IMG/VR virus record: IMGVR_UViG_3300037067_004891
Span: 256,001 to 320,000 of that record
Strand: one strand, 5' to 3'
Origin: a virus
Taxonomy: Duplodnaviria; Caudoviricetes
Length of the DNA: 64,000 bases
Below the pieces are notes generated by a model. The model saw only the letters and a program-made list of their open reading frames with translations. It searched no databases and had not been told where the DNA came from. Shown here piece after piece: positions 50,870-60,481 of this stretch. Position 1 is the first letter of the stretch. Every line of letters starts with the position of its first letter. Made by a program: the position numbers and the translations under genes.

Positions 50870-53305
50870 ATGAATATAAAAAATATTAATTATGAAACAT
50901 TGTTTTATGATTTATTAAAAATTGTAAAAACAGATGATGTTGAAAAATATTTAAGTGCTAATGGTCTCCTAAACAGAGATTTATGGAAAAATATTAATGG
51001 TGTTGTAAACACAGATGGTATAATTAATAATAATAATGCTGATTGTGTACCAGCGTTAACAGAAAAATTAACAAATTCGGTAGATGCTATTATAGAAAGA
51101 GAAGTTGAATTATCAACAAATCCTATTTATCCAGACAAATATGAGAAAGTTATTAATGATTATTGTAGTCATATAAAAGTTGAAAACACTTTTAATAAAC
51201 ACCTACATACATTTAAAAATTTACCCAATATGTATATTGTTTCAAGAGATGGTACTATTATACCAACTTTAGATATAATAGATCGAGGTGTTGGACAAGA
51301 TATAACAACATTCGAAAAAACTTTTTTAACAATGACCAACTCAAATAAAATTACAAAATTTTGTTTGAATGGTGCATATAATACTGGTTCTTTTAGTATT
51401 GTTAGGCATTTGAAAAAACCTAATTATCAACTAATTATAAGTAAAAAACCAGCATCTTTAATCGAGAAAAATTGTAATAAATATATATGGAGTTTCACAA
51501 TTCTTCGAATATTTGAACCAAAAAAGGGAGATAAATTAAATGAATTTAAATTTTTATGTCCAAATAGTATAATTCCACATTTTGAATCTAAAGCAGGTAT
51601 AAAAGTTATTCCTATACGTGGTGATAAAAAAATTAGAGATCATCTCGAATATGGTACTCTTATTCAGTTGTATGAATGTGATACAAAAGGATTTAATTCT
51701 TTAATAACATCTGATTTAAGATATCGTTTAGATTGGTATTATCCAAATATACCTTTTCCAGTTTCGATGATAGAAGAAAGAGAAAAATATCATAATTCAA
51801 ATGCTGAACGAAGTAAATTAAATGGTGCGAAATTTGAATTTGATCAAAGTATAAAACTTAACGGGGAAGAGGTATTATATGATGTGAGTAACGTTGCAAA
51901 AGTGGGTAAATATAAAATACCATATCATATATATATCGAAAACATTATAACTACAAGAGGTGGTGGTAAAGAAAGAAATAAAAAAAATCAAGATCGAAAA
52001 AAGCGTGGAGATATAAGTTATTTCTTTACTGTAAACGGGCAAACACAAGCTACAAAAACTAATAATAGAATAAAAAAGATTTATAGTTATATTTTGAAGA
52101 ATATTGTCGTTTTTGTGGATTATTCGAGCATTGAACCACATGAACTTGGGGGTCATATTAAAACAGACCGTTCTGGTTTAAATTCGAATTCAAATATTAA
52201 TGAAAAGATTTTTGAGATAATTGATGACGAATTACGTAATAATCCTAATATTGTTGCAATAGAAGAAGACATTAGAAAATCGAAGTTAAATTCTTCTGAT
52301 GATTATGATCAAAATAAAGCTAAAGAAAAGGCATTAGATTTTGTCTGTAAATATTTAAAATTAAAAGAAACACCCATTGCAACTGATTATAATGGTATCA
52401 CATCAGAACATTATTCTGGTAAACAAAAAGGAATATTACCTAAAAATCATAATGGTAAAGATCATGACAATACTGTCAAAACAACACCTGTAATAACCAA
52501 TTATTCAACTATTGATGATTTTATATTGAAGTATTCAAACTATAATTTTAATAGTCCAAAAACTGGATATAAAGATGATACCAACAAAATTAAGTTATAT
52601 TCAGATGTAAGTGTTGATGTGAAAATTAAAGTAGACAACAAATTTATACAAAATGTTATTAATTCAGATTTTCCAGGTAATGCTACTATTTACATCAAAC
52701 ACTCAAGTGAAAATGGTTTTAGAGTTAATAAAAATTCCGAAGTGAATATTAAATTTTTTATTGATGCTGGTGTTAATGTTATAGAAAAAGAAGTTACTTA
52801 TAATGTAATGGTGTTCGAAAAAAGAGAAGAATCTAATAAACCTCAAATGGCTCGTAATAATTTTGGAAAAATTAATGATAAAATTAATGTAGTATTTCAA
52901 ACATATGATGTTCTTTCATCAGGTGTTCTCACAAATTCATTTAAATTTTCAAACGATGTGGTAGCTCTACCATTAATATCAGGTGAAAATAGTATCGATA
53001 TATATTTTAATCTAAGTAATCCGAAATTTGTTCGTGTTTTGGATGCTGGCGTTTTAATTGGAGAAAATGAACAAGAAAAAATAAAAGGTACAATAGACCT
53101 TGCTTTAAGAATTGAAACATTAAAACTTTATGATATTTATCATAGATTGAATGTTAATGATGAAAATGAGTCTAAAATTGAATATACTAATGATATTATA
53201 TCATTAGAAAGTATTATGAAAGATACTACATTAGAAAAACAACTGTTTAATCATTTTTATATTTTACAAGATAGTTTAATAAAATTATACAAAGATGAAT
53301 ATTAA
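50870..53305 (+). CDS. GHKL (MORC-like) ATPase domain protein
   Basis: EKLTNSVDA, IIDRGVG, GAYNTGS, GTLI Bergerat boxes. Confidence 0.75.
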   Translation: MNIKNINYETLFYDLLKIVKTDDVEKYLSANGLLNRDLWKNINGVVNTDGIINNNNADCVPALTEKLTNSVDAIIEREVELSTNPIYPDKYEKVINDYCSHIKVENTFNKHLHTFKNLPNMYIVSRDGTIIPTLDIIDRGVGQDITTFEKTFLTMTNSNKITKFCLNGAYNTGSFSIVRHLKKPNYQLIISKKPASLIEKNCNKYIWSFTILRIFEPKKGDKLNEFKFLCPNSIIPHFESKAGIKVIPIRGDKKIRDHLEYGTLIQLYECDTKGFNSLITSDLRYRLDWYYPNIPFPVSMIEEREKYHNSNAERSKLNGAKFEFDQSIKLNGEEVLYDVSNVAKVGKYKIPYHIYIENIITTRGGGKERNKKNQDRKKRGDISYFFTVNGQTQATKTNNRIKKIYSYILKNIVVFVDYSSIEPHELGGHIKTDRSGLNSNSNINEKIFEIIDDELRNNPNIVAIEEDIRKSKLNSSDDYDQNKAKEKALDFVCKYLKLKETPIATDYNGITSEHYSGKQKGILPKNHNGKDHDNTVKTTPVITNYSTIDDFILKYSNYNFNSPKTGYKDDTNKIKLYSDVSVDVKIKVDNKFIQNVINSDFPGNATIYIKHSSENGFRVNKNSEVNIKFFIDAGVNVIEKEVTYNVMVFEKREESNKPQMARNNFGKINDKINVVFQTYDVLSSGVLTNSFKFSNDVVALPLISGENSIDIYFNLSNPKFVRVLDAGVLIGENEQEKIKGTIDLALRIETLKLYDIYHRLNVNDENESKIEYTNDIISLESIMKDTTLEKQLFNHFYILQDSLIKLYKDEY

Positions 53306-53306
53306 T

Positions 53307-53612
53307 GTCAACTACCCCTTGGTTAAAGACCAAGGGGCTTGAACCGTGAGGGTTAAGAGTAATTAGTTGATTAGGTGGCTTTTAAAAATTAAAATTAATT
53401 AATTTTAAGTGCAGAAGTTTAAAGGAAAGTTAAAGAACATACCAAGAAATGCTTCACAAGTTTCTTGCTCTATAAGTTCACAGTTAAACAAAGAAGAAAT
53501 TCTTAGTGCTGTGAGTGGGTGCAAAGCCTTCGGCTTTGACACCAGACTGACTTTAAACAACACCGAAGTGAATGAACGTCAAACAAAGAACAGACAGGTC
53601 TTACCGACATAT
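53307..53612 (+). ncRNA. IscB omega-RNA scaffold (guide supplied by the 5' flank)
   Basis: ccccttgg/ccaagggg hairpin, tcaacta/tagttga pairing, agaaa/tttct stem; lies upstream of the PLMP-like motif; 3' boundary approximate. Confidence 0.7.
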
Positions 53613-54794
53613 GTGTTCGTTTTAAGTTTAGAAGGTCAAATTTTAATGCCTACTAAAGCCTCAAGAGCAAGAAGATTCATTAAAAATGGTAAAGCTGTTA
53701 TTATTAAAAAATATCCTTTCACAGTCCAGTTGACTGTTGAGTGTGATTCTCACACTCAACCTATCTCACTGGGAATCGATACTGGTTATGGTTTTATAGG
53801 ATTTTCAGCTACAACAAAAACAAAAGAATTATTATGTGGGACACTTAAACTGGATGGAAAAACAAAAGAAAGATTAGATGAAAAAAGAATGTACAGACGA
53901 CTTCGAAGAAGTCGTCACCACTGGTATAGAGAACCAAGGTTTGATAACAGAAAAAGAAAAAATGCTTGGTTACCACCGAGTGTTGAAAGAAGATATCAGA
54001 CACATTTAAATTTAATTCAAAGAATTAAATGTTTATTACCTATAACAGATGTAGTTATAGAGACAGCTAAATTTGATATACAAAAAATTGATAGACCAGA
54101 GATAAAAGGAATTAATTATCAACAAGGTAACAGGTATGATTATCAAAACGTTAGAGCATATTTAATGGTAAGAGAAAAAGGTTGCTGTCAATTTTGTTCT
54201 AAAGATTTTAAAGGACAACCAGCTCATTTACATCATATTAAACCACGTTCTAAAAGAGGTTCTGATAAGACATCAAATTTAGCACTATTACATGAAAAAT
54301 GTCATAACATTTTACATGAGAAACATTTAGAGGATAGTTTAAAATCAAATTCTAAAAATTATAAACCGAATACTTTTATGTCAATCATAAACAAAAGATT
54401 TTATGTTGACGTACCAGAGGTGAAAGTGACCTTCGGTCACGTCACCTTTGTGAACAGAAACGCTTTAAATATTGAGAAAAGTCATTTCAACGATGCTTTT
54501 GTTATTTCGGGTGGTAGTAAACAAATGAGATCAAAACCTGTTAACATTATACAAAAACATAGAAATAATAGAGTTATACAACTGAATAGGAAGGGCTTGC
54601 GCCCTTCCATCAGAAAGGAAAGATACAAAATTCAACTTCTTGATTTATTTTGGGTTGGTAAGAAAAAATATATTTCTAAAGGTGTTATGAACAAAGGTTT
54701 GTACGTTACTTTTGAAACAAAGGAAAAGAAGAATTATATTAAAACAGAAAATGTAAATAAAATATACAATTTTGGTAGCTTTGTTTGGTGTTGA
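53613..54794 (+). CDS. iscB: IscB RNA-guided nuclease (probable start GTG at 53613, not 53409)
   Basis: GQILMP, LGIDTG, RRLRR bridge helix, VIETAKFD, HHIKPRS.GSD..N...CH HNH, KSHFNDA. Confidence 0.93.
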   Translation: MFVLSLEGQILMPTKASRARRFIKNGKAVIIKKYPFTVQLTVECDSHTQPISLGIDTGYGFIGFSATTKTKELLCGTLKLDGKTKERLDEKRMYRRLRRSRHHWYREPRFDNRKRKNAWLPPSVERRYQTHLNLIQRIKCLLPITDVVIETAKFDIQKIDRPEIKGINYQQGNRYDYQNVRAYLMVREKGCCQFCSKDFKGQPAHLHHIKPRSKRGSDKTSNLALLHEKCHNILHEKHLEDSLKSNSKNYKPNTFMSIINKRFYVDVPEVKVTFGHVTFVNRNALNIEKSHFNDAFVISGGSKQMRSKPVNIIQKHRNNRVIQLNRKGLRPSIRKERYKIQLLDLFWVGKKKYISKGVMNKGLYVTFETKEKKNYIKTENVNKIYNFGSFVWC

Positions 54795-54898
54795 AAATCT
54801 GTGAAATTCATCCACGAAGCTAAAGACTTCGTGGTTTTCTTTCACAAAAATATAAAAATGTGTAATTTTTTTCATAACAAATTTATATTAGGATGAAT

Positions 54899-54923
54899 AA
54901 AAACCCGAAATTTTCGGGTTTTT
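54899..54923. terminator. Intrinsic terminator
   Basis: aaaacccgaaa-t-tttcgggtttt. Confidence 0.75.
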
Positions 54924-55152
54924 ATTTTCCAAAGTTTTGATGTTTTAAATCGTTAATTATTTTAAAAATCTTATTCATATCTATACATCTTTCTGTAAAA
55001 TTTAAGTCTTTTATTTCTTCATGTGTTTTTCGTATATAATTGATAATAACCTTATCTAAATAATTTAATTTCAACAGATTCATATCATTATTATATGAAT
55101 ATCTATCAAATATATATTTGATATCTTTTGATATTTTATCGATGTCTAACAT
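54922..55152 (-). CDS. Hypothetical protein
   Basis: ORF. Confidence 0.4.
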   Translation of the reverse strand: MLDIDKISKDIKYIFDRYSYNNDMNLLKLNYLDKVIINYIRKTHEEIKDLNFTERCIDMNKIFKIINDLKHQNFGK

Positions 55153-55565
55153 AGTTATTTAGTGTGTTTTTATTTAAAATTAATCTCCTTTTTTTTTTTG
55201 AATATGTTGATACATTTTCAAAGGTGTATATGAATATTCATTTTTGTATCTTTATATAGTTTAATTGGATTTATAGATTTTATATCAATACCTAATATTT
55301 ACCCAATCATCGATATCATTTCTGAATTTTAATGTTATATTTTTTTCTTTATATTTTATATTTTTTATTATATATTAATTGTATGCGGTCATGATAAACG
55401 TAACTTTTTTATTGCGTAAAACGTAAAATCTACGATTCAAATATAATTTGGATATTTCTTTGAATATTTTTAATTATTTTGAATATTTTTTGTAGGATTT
55501 TTTTTATAATAATAAAGGTTTTATATTTGTCACGTACAATAATTACAAACTAAAAATATACAATT

Positions 55566-57005
55566 ATGAAAACAATGAAAAATTTAATCTTAGCTTTAAC
55601 CCTGATAACAGGGATGATTTTTTTTACAAGTTGTGAAAAAGATGATGATTTCAATCCAATTGATCAGATTGAAAATCCTATTGATACTGTTAATAACCCT
55701 ATTGATACTGTTAATAACCCTATTGATACTATCAATAACCCTATTGATACCGTTAACAATCCTGTTGGTTATGTTCGCACATATGTTCACGAATTTGATT
55801 TTGTTGACATCAGCAAACTTCAGATTTTCAAACAAACCGATGGTACAGTTGACTCAATTTTTAAATTCAATGATGTTGATACAACTTTCATTACTCCTGA
55901 GTTCGGTAAAATAACTGCAAAAGATGGTAGCAAAACTACAACCTTCTCCACTATCGAATCAATCGAAAACGTGGGTGACTATATGAAGATTACTGCCGAT
56001 TTCGCAACTGGTCTTAAATCAGCAGGTGCAATGTCAACTGTTATGGTTGAAAAAGAAACTGGAGAAATTTCAACTGTTGCCGAAACTCCTGTTACCGATG
56101 GTGAATATGTAGTGATACCTAATAACGATTGGACTTGGGTTAATAATGCTGGTATATCTGTTACATTTACTGATAACGCTACTACTAAAACTGGTTCGGT
56201 TATTAATATTAATACTGCTGAATTTATTAATTTGATAACTGCTAATATTGCCGATTTTTATAATACAACTGGTTATGGTGTATCTGAACCTTTTCAGTTT
56301 GCATGTTCAAAAACTGTTAAAGATGCAAATGGTAATGTTTATGGTTATGTTACCTTTTCTCCGAATTCAACCGATGCATCAAATTTTGTAACTGTTGTTC
56401 AACTTATGACTGGTTCATCATTAACATTAAATTATGTAAAGACAAGTAATAAAGCAGAAATTCATTATGTTAATTCTTTTACTCTTATCGTAAATGATAA
56501 TTTAGACTTAGTGACTTATGGTTACACACCTGATATGCGTTCTTTAGTAAAAGGTAACAAAATTATATCGCAGATTAATACAGGAACACTTGATAGTTAT
56601 ACTTGGATGAAAGGTTATATGTATGCTCCTTCTTTTACAATATATGATAAAAATAACAATACATTAAACGCTTTTGCTAATCCATCTAATGTAAGCGGTG
56701 ATGGTTATAACAATCAAAAACTTACTTCTAAGATGATTTTATTCGGTGACTATATTTATTATGTAACTGAAGAAAGTGGTTCTAATTATGTAACTAAGAT
56801 TCAGATTAGCACAATCAATACAACAAGTCAATTCAATGTTGAAAAATTAGGAACAAAAACAATCAACTCTGCAATCGAATCAGTATTTACAACAGAAAAT
56901 GGTTACTTCATCTTAACAAGTGGTACAACTAACTACTTTATTTATGAAGATGGTCATATGGAAACTAAAACTGCCACTGATGCAGGTGATGTGATTGAGT
57001 TCTAA
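55566..57005 (+). CDS. Bacteroidota-type surface lipoprotein
   Basis: Signal peptide II ..FFTSC followed by EKDDD; TATATTTG at 55522. Confidence 0.8.
   Translation: MKTMKNLILALTLITGMIFFTSCEKDDDFNPIDQIENPIDTVNNPIDTVNNPIDTINNPIDTVNNPVGYVRTYVHEFDFVDISKLQIFKQTDGTVDSIFKFNDVDTTFITPEFGKITAKDGSKTTTFSTIESIENVGDYMKITADFATGLKSAGAMSTVMVEKETGEISTVAETPVTDGEYVVIPNNDWTWVNNAGISVTFTDNATTKTGSVININTAEFINLITANIADFYNTTGYGVSEPFQFACSKTVKDANGNVYGYVTFSPNSTDASNFVTVVQLMTGSSLTLNYVKTSNKAEIHYVNSFTLIVNDNLDLVTYGYTPDMRSLVKGNKIISQINTGTLDSYTWMKGYMYAPSFTIYDKNNNTLNAFANPSNVSGDGYNNQKLTSKMILFGDYIYYVTEESGSNYVTKIQISTINTTSQFNVEKLGTKTINSAIESVFTTENGYFILTSGTTNYFIYEDGHMETKTATDAGDVIEF
55674..55765 (+). repeat. 21-nt coding tandem repeat (NPIDT[VI]N x4)
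   Basis: aaccctattgatactgttaat units. Confidence 0.85.
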
Positions 57006-57023
57006 AAGAAATTGAATTATAAG

Positions 57024-57054
57024 AAAAAACCCATCAATTTTTGGTGGGTTTTTT
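57024..57054 (+). terminator. Intrinsic terminator
   Basis: aaaaaacccatcaa..ttggtgggtttttt. Confidence 0.75.
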
Positions 57055-57083
57055 ATAATATATAACAACAAAAAATATCTGAA

Positions 57084-57479
57084 ATGAAAAAACATATACT
57101 TAAAATAAACGAGTTTAAAGAACACACTGACCAACATTTGACTGAACAGGAATTACTTGAAATGTCAAATTATCGTGGTGAGAATTTTGGTATAGAAGGT
57201 AATGTTGTTTTATGGATTGGTTCTGTTTTATCATCACAACATCCAGATGGTAATAGAATAAAAGTGAGTAATTTACCAAATAAGGGAACAAGGGATACTT
57301 TTACTATCACTATACCTAAATTAGAAGTAATCGGGAAAGTAAACACAAAACACATTACTACTAAAAAATTGAACAATATTTTTGAATTCATTAAATTAAA
57401 CATGGATTTGATTATCGCTTTTTGTCAAGAAGATATTGACGGTTATGATTTTGCTCAAAACGTTAAAAAATTAGAGTAA
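57084..57479 (+). CDS. Hypothetical protein with leader-like N-terminus
   Basis: MKKHILKINEF..LLEMSN; TAATATATA at 57056. Confidence 0.6.
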   Translation: MKKHILKINEFKEHTDQHLTEQELLEMSNYRGENFGIEGNVVLWIGSVLSSQHPDGNRIKVSNLPNKGTRDTFTITIPKLEVIGKVNTKHITTKKLNNIFEFIKLNMDLIIAFCQEDIDGYDFAQNVKKLE

Positions 57480-57566
57480 AGCGGTAATATTAACTACTTT
57501 ATTTATGAAGATGGTCACATGACAACCGAAACTGCTGTTGAAGCTGGTGATGTTATCAACTTCTAA
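57480..57566 (+). pseudogene. Orphan diverged copy of the lipoprotein 3' end
   Basis: SGNINYFIYEDGHMTTETAVEAGDVINF* versus SGTTNYFIYEDGHMETKTATDAGDVIEF* (56919-57005). Confidence 0.85.
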
Positions 57567-57618
57567 AAAGAATATTATAAGAATGTGAAAGGCTGTTCGA
57601 ATGGACAGCTTTTTTGTT

Positions 57619-58023
57619 TTATATTAATCCCAGATTACCATAGTGTGCTTTCAATAATGATTTAATATAGGGTTTGAAATACTTTAAACCATTATTCACT
57701 TCCACTAAAACATAAGACAACATATCAATATCATTGCATTTTATATCTTCAATAAAAATATCAAAGTCATCTAAATTGTTGAATTTTAACAATAACGAGA
57801 AGCTATAACCATTTATAAAAGATAACCCAATTCTGACATTAATTAGTATGGAATTATCATACGTTTTATCAATAATAAAACATTTGGGTTTGTAAATATT
57901 GCCTATTCGTGATATTACATAGTTGTTAAATTGTTCTTCGATTAAAATGTGTAAATTATTCATTTTACATGGTTTGGTAAGTGAATATAGTTTTTTAATT
58001 AATAAAAAAATTATTTTTTTCAT
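57619..58023 (-). CDS. Hypothetical protein
   Basis: ORF. Confidence 0.45.
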   Translation of the reverse strand: MKKIIFLLIKKLYSLTKPCKMNNLHILIEEQFNNYVISRIGNIYKPKCFIIDKTYDNSILINVRIGLSFINGYSFSLLLKFNNLDDFDIFIEDIKCNDIDMLSYVLVEVNNGLKYFKPYIKSLLKAHYGNLGLI

Positions 58024-58223
58024 GACAAGAATATTTTTTCTTGTATATATTATATCCAGTTAGATCATCTGAATATTATTCAATAATAAAAACAGAAGAT
58101 TATTGTTTATATTATCAATCAAAAAAGCCATCCCGAAAGTCGGAATGACTTTAATGTTTTTAACGGCACTTTATATTTTAAGTGTCTTAAAATTGAATCT
58201 CCTTTGTTTTAATATATAATAAT

Positions 58224-59153
58224 ATGAAACTTAAAAATTATAATATTTTTTTAATTGAGGGGCGAGGTATATCTGATATAATTAAAAAATATTCTAAAAT
58301 AATAATTTCCTCTTTTAAAAAAGGTAATTTACAAAATCAATACGATTTTGATTATGAACCGTTGCCGTTATTAGATTTAAAAGTGATGTTTAAAGAATCA
58401 AACAAGTATTACGGATTATTTGATCCTACTTTTTCAAATTTGTTAAATGATAAATTATATAATATTATAATATCTATTAATTTTGTTAAAAATAATATTG
58501 ATTTAATTAAATTAGAAGGTATTATAGTTCACGAGCTAACTCACGTTAAAGAATATTTTGAAATAGAAAAGAAAAACATAACTTTAAAAGTGAAAATATT
58601 CCCAACTCACTTAGATATAAAATTTATAAACAAATCGGAAATAGCAGTTTATACATCATTTAATGAATTCTATAATTTATTATATCTATCATTAGATGAT
58701 GAAATAAATGCGAGAACAGCACAGATATACCCTTATTTATATTCATTGAAAATAAAAGATGAAAATGTTTTATTTGATAAGATAAAAGATACTGATAATT
58801 GGAAATATATCCAACTGTTAAAAAAATTTAATTATGACAAATTTATTCAGGATAATATTGATTCTATCGGGTTGAAAAGTTTTATAAAAATAACAAACGA
58901 AATAATAGAAAAATTTAGAGATAAAGATTTAAATAGAAAAACGAAATTGTTATATTTCTTAGAACCAGTGAATAACTTAATAGAATTAAATAAATTATAT
59001 AAAAATTGGTTTAAATATTTTTATAAAAAAGGCGATTCTTGTATTGAAAAATATAAATATTTAATCAAAGAAGTTATAGAAGATTTAAACGGTAATAGAC
59101 CTTGGAATGAAAATTATCGATGCGATGACCAAGATGTATATTTAAATATCTAA
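58224..59153 (+). CDS. Zincin-like metallopeptidase with leader
   Basis: MKLKNYNIFLIE; IVHELTH; DEINA. Confidence 0.65.
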   Translation: MKLKNYNIFLIEGRGISDIIKKYSKIIISSFKKGNLQNQYDFDYEPLPLLDLKVMFKESNKYYGLFDPTFSNLLNDKLYNIIISINFVKNNIDLIKLEGIIVHELTHVKEYFEIEKKNITLKVKIFPTHLDIKFINKSEIAVYTSFNEFYNLLYLSLDDEINARTAQIYPYLYSLKIKDENVLFDKIKDTDNWKYIQLLKKFNYDKFIQDNIDSIGLKSFIKITNEIIEKFRDKDLNRKTKLLYFLEPVNNLIELNKLYKNWFKYFYKKGDSCIEKYKYLIKEVIEDLNGNRPWNENYRCDDQDVYLNI

Positions 59154-60390
59154 CTTGTTTTTCTTTTTGCTCGTTTTGGTATGTGTGAACATATTTCATC
59201 GAGCCAATTATGTTTTAATGCAGAATTATAAGCACCATTAAATATTTTTTCTATTTCTTTTCTGGATTTACATTTTAATGCTGCTTCTTGATATTTTTCT
59301 TTTGTCCAATATCTATTTGGTTTTTGTATTGAATCATATGAGAACATATTTCATTAAGCCACTGAAAATCACATGATTTTTTATAAGCAGTGCCAAATTT
59401 TCGATTAAATTCTTTTCTGGATTTACATTTTAAAGCTACTTCTTGACATTTTTCTTTTGTCCAATAATATTTTGGTTTTTGTGTTGGTAACATATGAGAA
59501 CATATTTCATCTAACCAGTTATTTTTTAAAGAACTACCATATGACCCACTATATTTTCTTATAAAATCTGTTTTTGATTTACATTTTAATGCAGCTTTTT
59601 TACAAGATTCTTTATTCCATTTCATATAACCACCTAATGCTCCAGCTTTGGCTTTATTTAATAAATTCCAATTGTTGTTTTTATATAAATTAATATAATA
59701 TTCTTCTTCAATTTGTGCATTTTTCACATCTAATAACTCAGTTAAAATTATATTTTTTGGTATCAAATTTGTTTTTATTATATGTTTTAAAACAGGGCTT
59801 TTTTTATTGTTTAAATGATATTTTTTTCTTTTTTCTATATTACAAGTTAAACCGATATACATTGATTTATCTTCAAATTCCCATGCATAAATAAATCTTT
59901 TATATATATTTCCTAATAATATCATATGAGAACATATATCATCTAACCACTTATTTTTTCGACTAACGGTATAAGCTGTTTTATATTTTGTACCAAATTC
60001 TTTTCTGGATTTACATTTTAATGCTGCTTCTTTACATCTTTCTAAAGTCCAATACCCCTTTGGTTTATGAATAAAAAACATATGCTTACAATATTCATCA
60101 AGAAGACCATTAATTCTGATAATATTATAAACTTTATTATATTCTTTTTGTAATTCAAATCTGTTTTTATAATTTGATGCGATTTCTTTACATCTTTCTA
60201 AAGTCCAATACCCCTTTGGTTTGTTAATATAATCTAAATGCGAACACAATTCATTAATCCATCTCTTTGAAACAATTTTATTATAAACAACTTTATATTT
60301 TTTATTTAATTCTTTTCTGGATTTACATAGTGATGCAACTTCTTTACATTTATCATATGTCCAATATCCATTTGGTTTTCTTTCTTTCAC
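59150..60390 (-). CDS. GIY-YIG homing endonuclease with WTxExC repeats; frameshift in the last repeat (~59335)
   Basis: FIYAW..MYIGLT..R...H; repeats YWTKEKC..ALKCKSRKEF..WLDEICSH continue in the 59150-59347 frame. Confidence 0.8.
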
Positions 60391-60481
60391 AAAAATAATT
60401 TTTATTTTTAATATATACCTATAATTTTATTATATATATCTAAACACAAATATAGTGATTTAAAAATTATAAATTTATAAT

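Larger units (their letters stand above)
53307..54851 (+). mobile_element. IscB-encoding IS200/IS605 non-autonomous element
   Basis: Starts gtcaactacccc hairpin; ends in the same end sequence as 44718-44773, followed by ATAAA. Confidence 0.9.

Noticed and set aside
53409-53612. N-terminal extension of IscB in the ORF track
   Set aside because: It overlaps the omega-RNA; IscB homology begins at V..L...G..LMP near 53613
54645-54875. ORF MKKITHFYIFVKEN resembling the leader motif
   Set aside because: Most of it is read from the IS end and antisense iscB; in the reconstructed empty site it stops within about 15 codons
55674-55765. CRISPR-like array
   Set aside because: Contiguous 21-nt in-frame coding repeats with no spacers; no cas genes
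56919-57566. Diversity-generating retroelement VR/TR pair
   Set aside because: Mismatches are not adenine-specific and many are synonymous; no reverse transcriptase in the window
59275-59347. Programmed frameshift in the GIY-YIG gene
   Set aside because: No slippery site or structure seen; it affects only the last repeat and is probably decay
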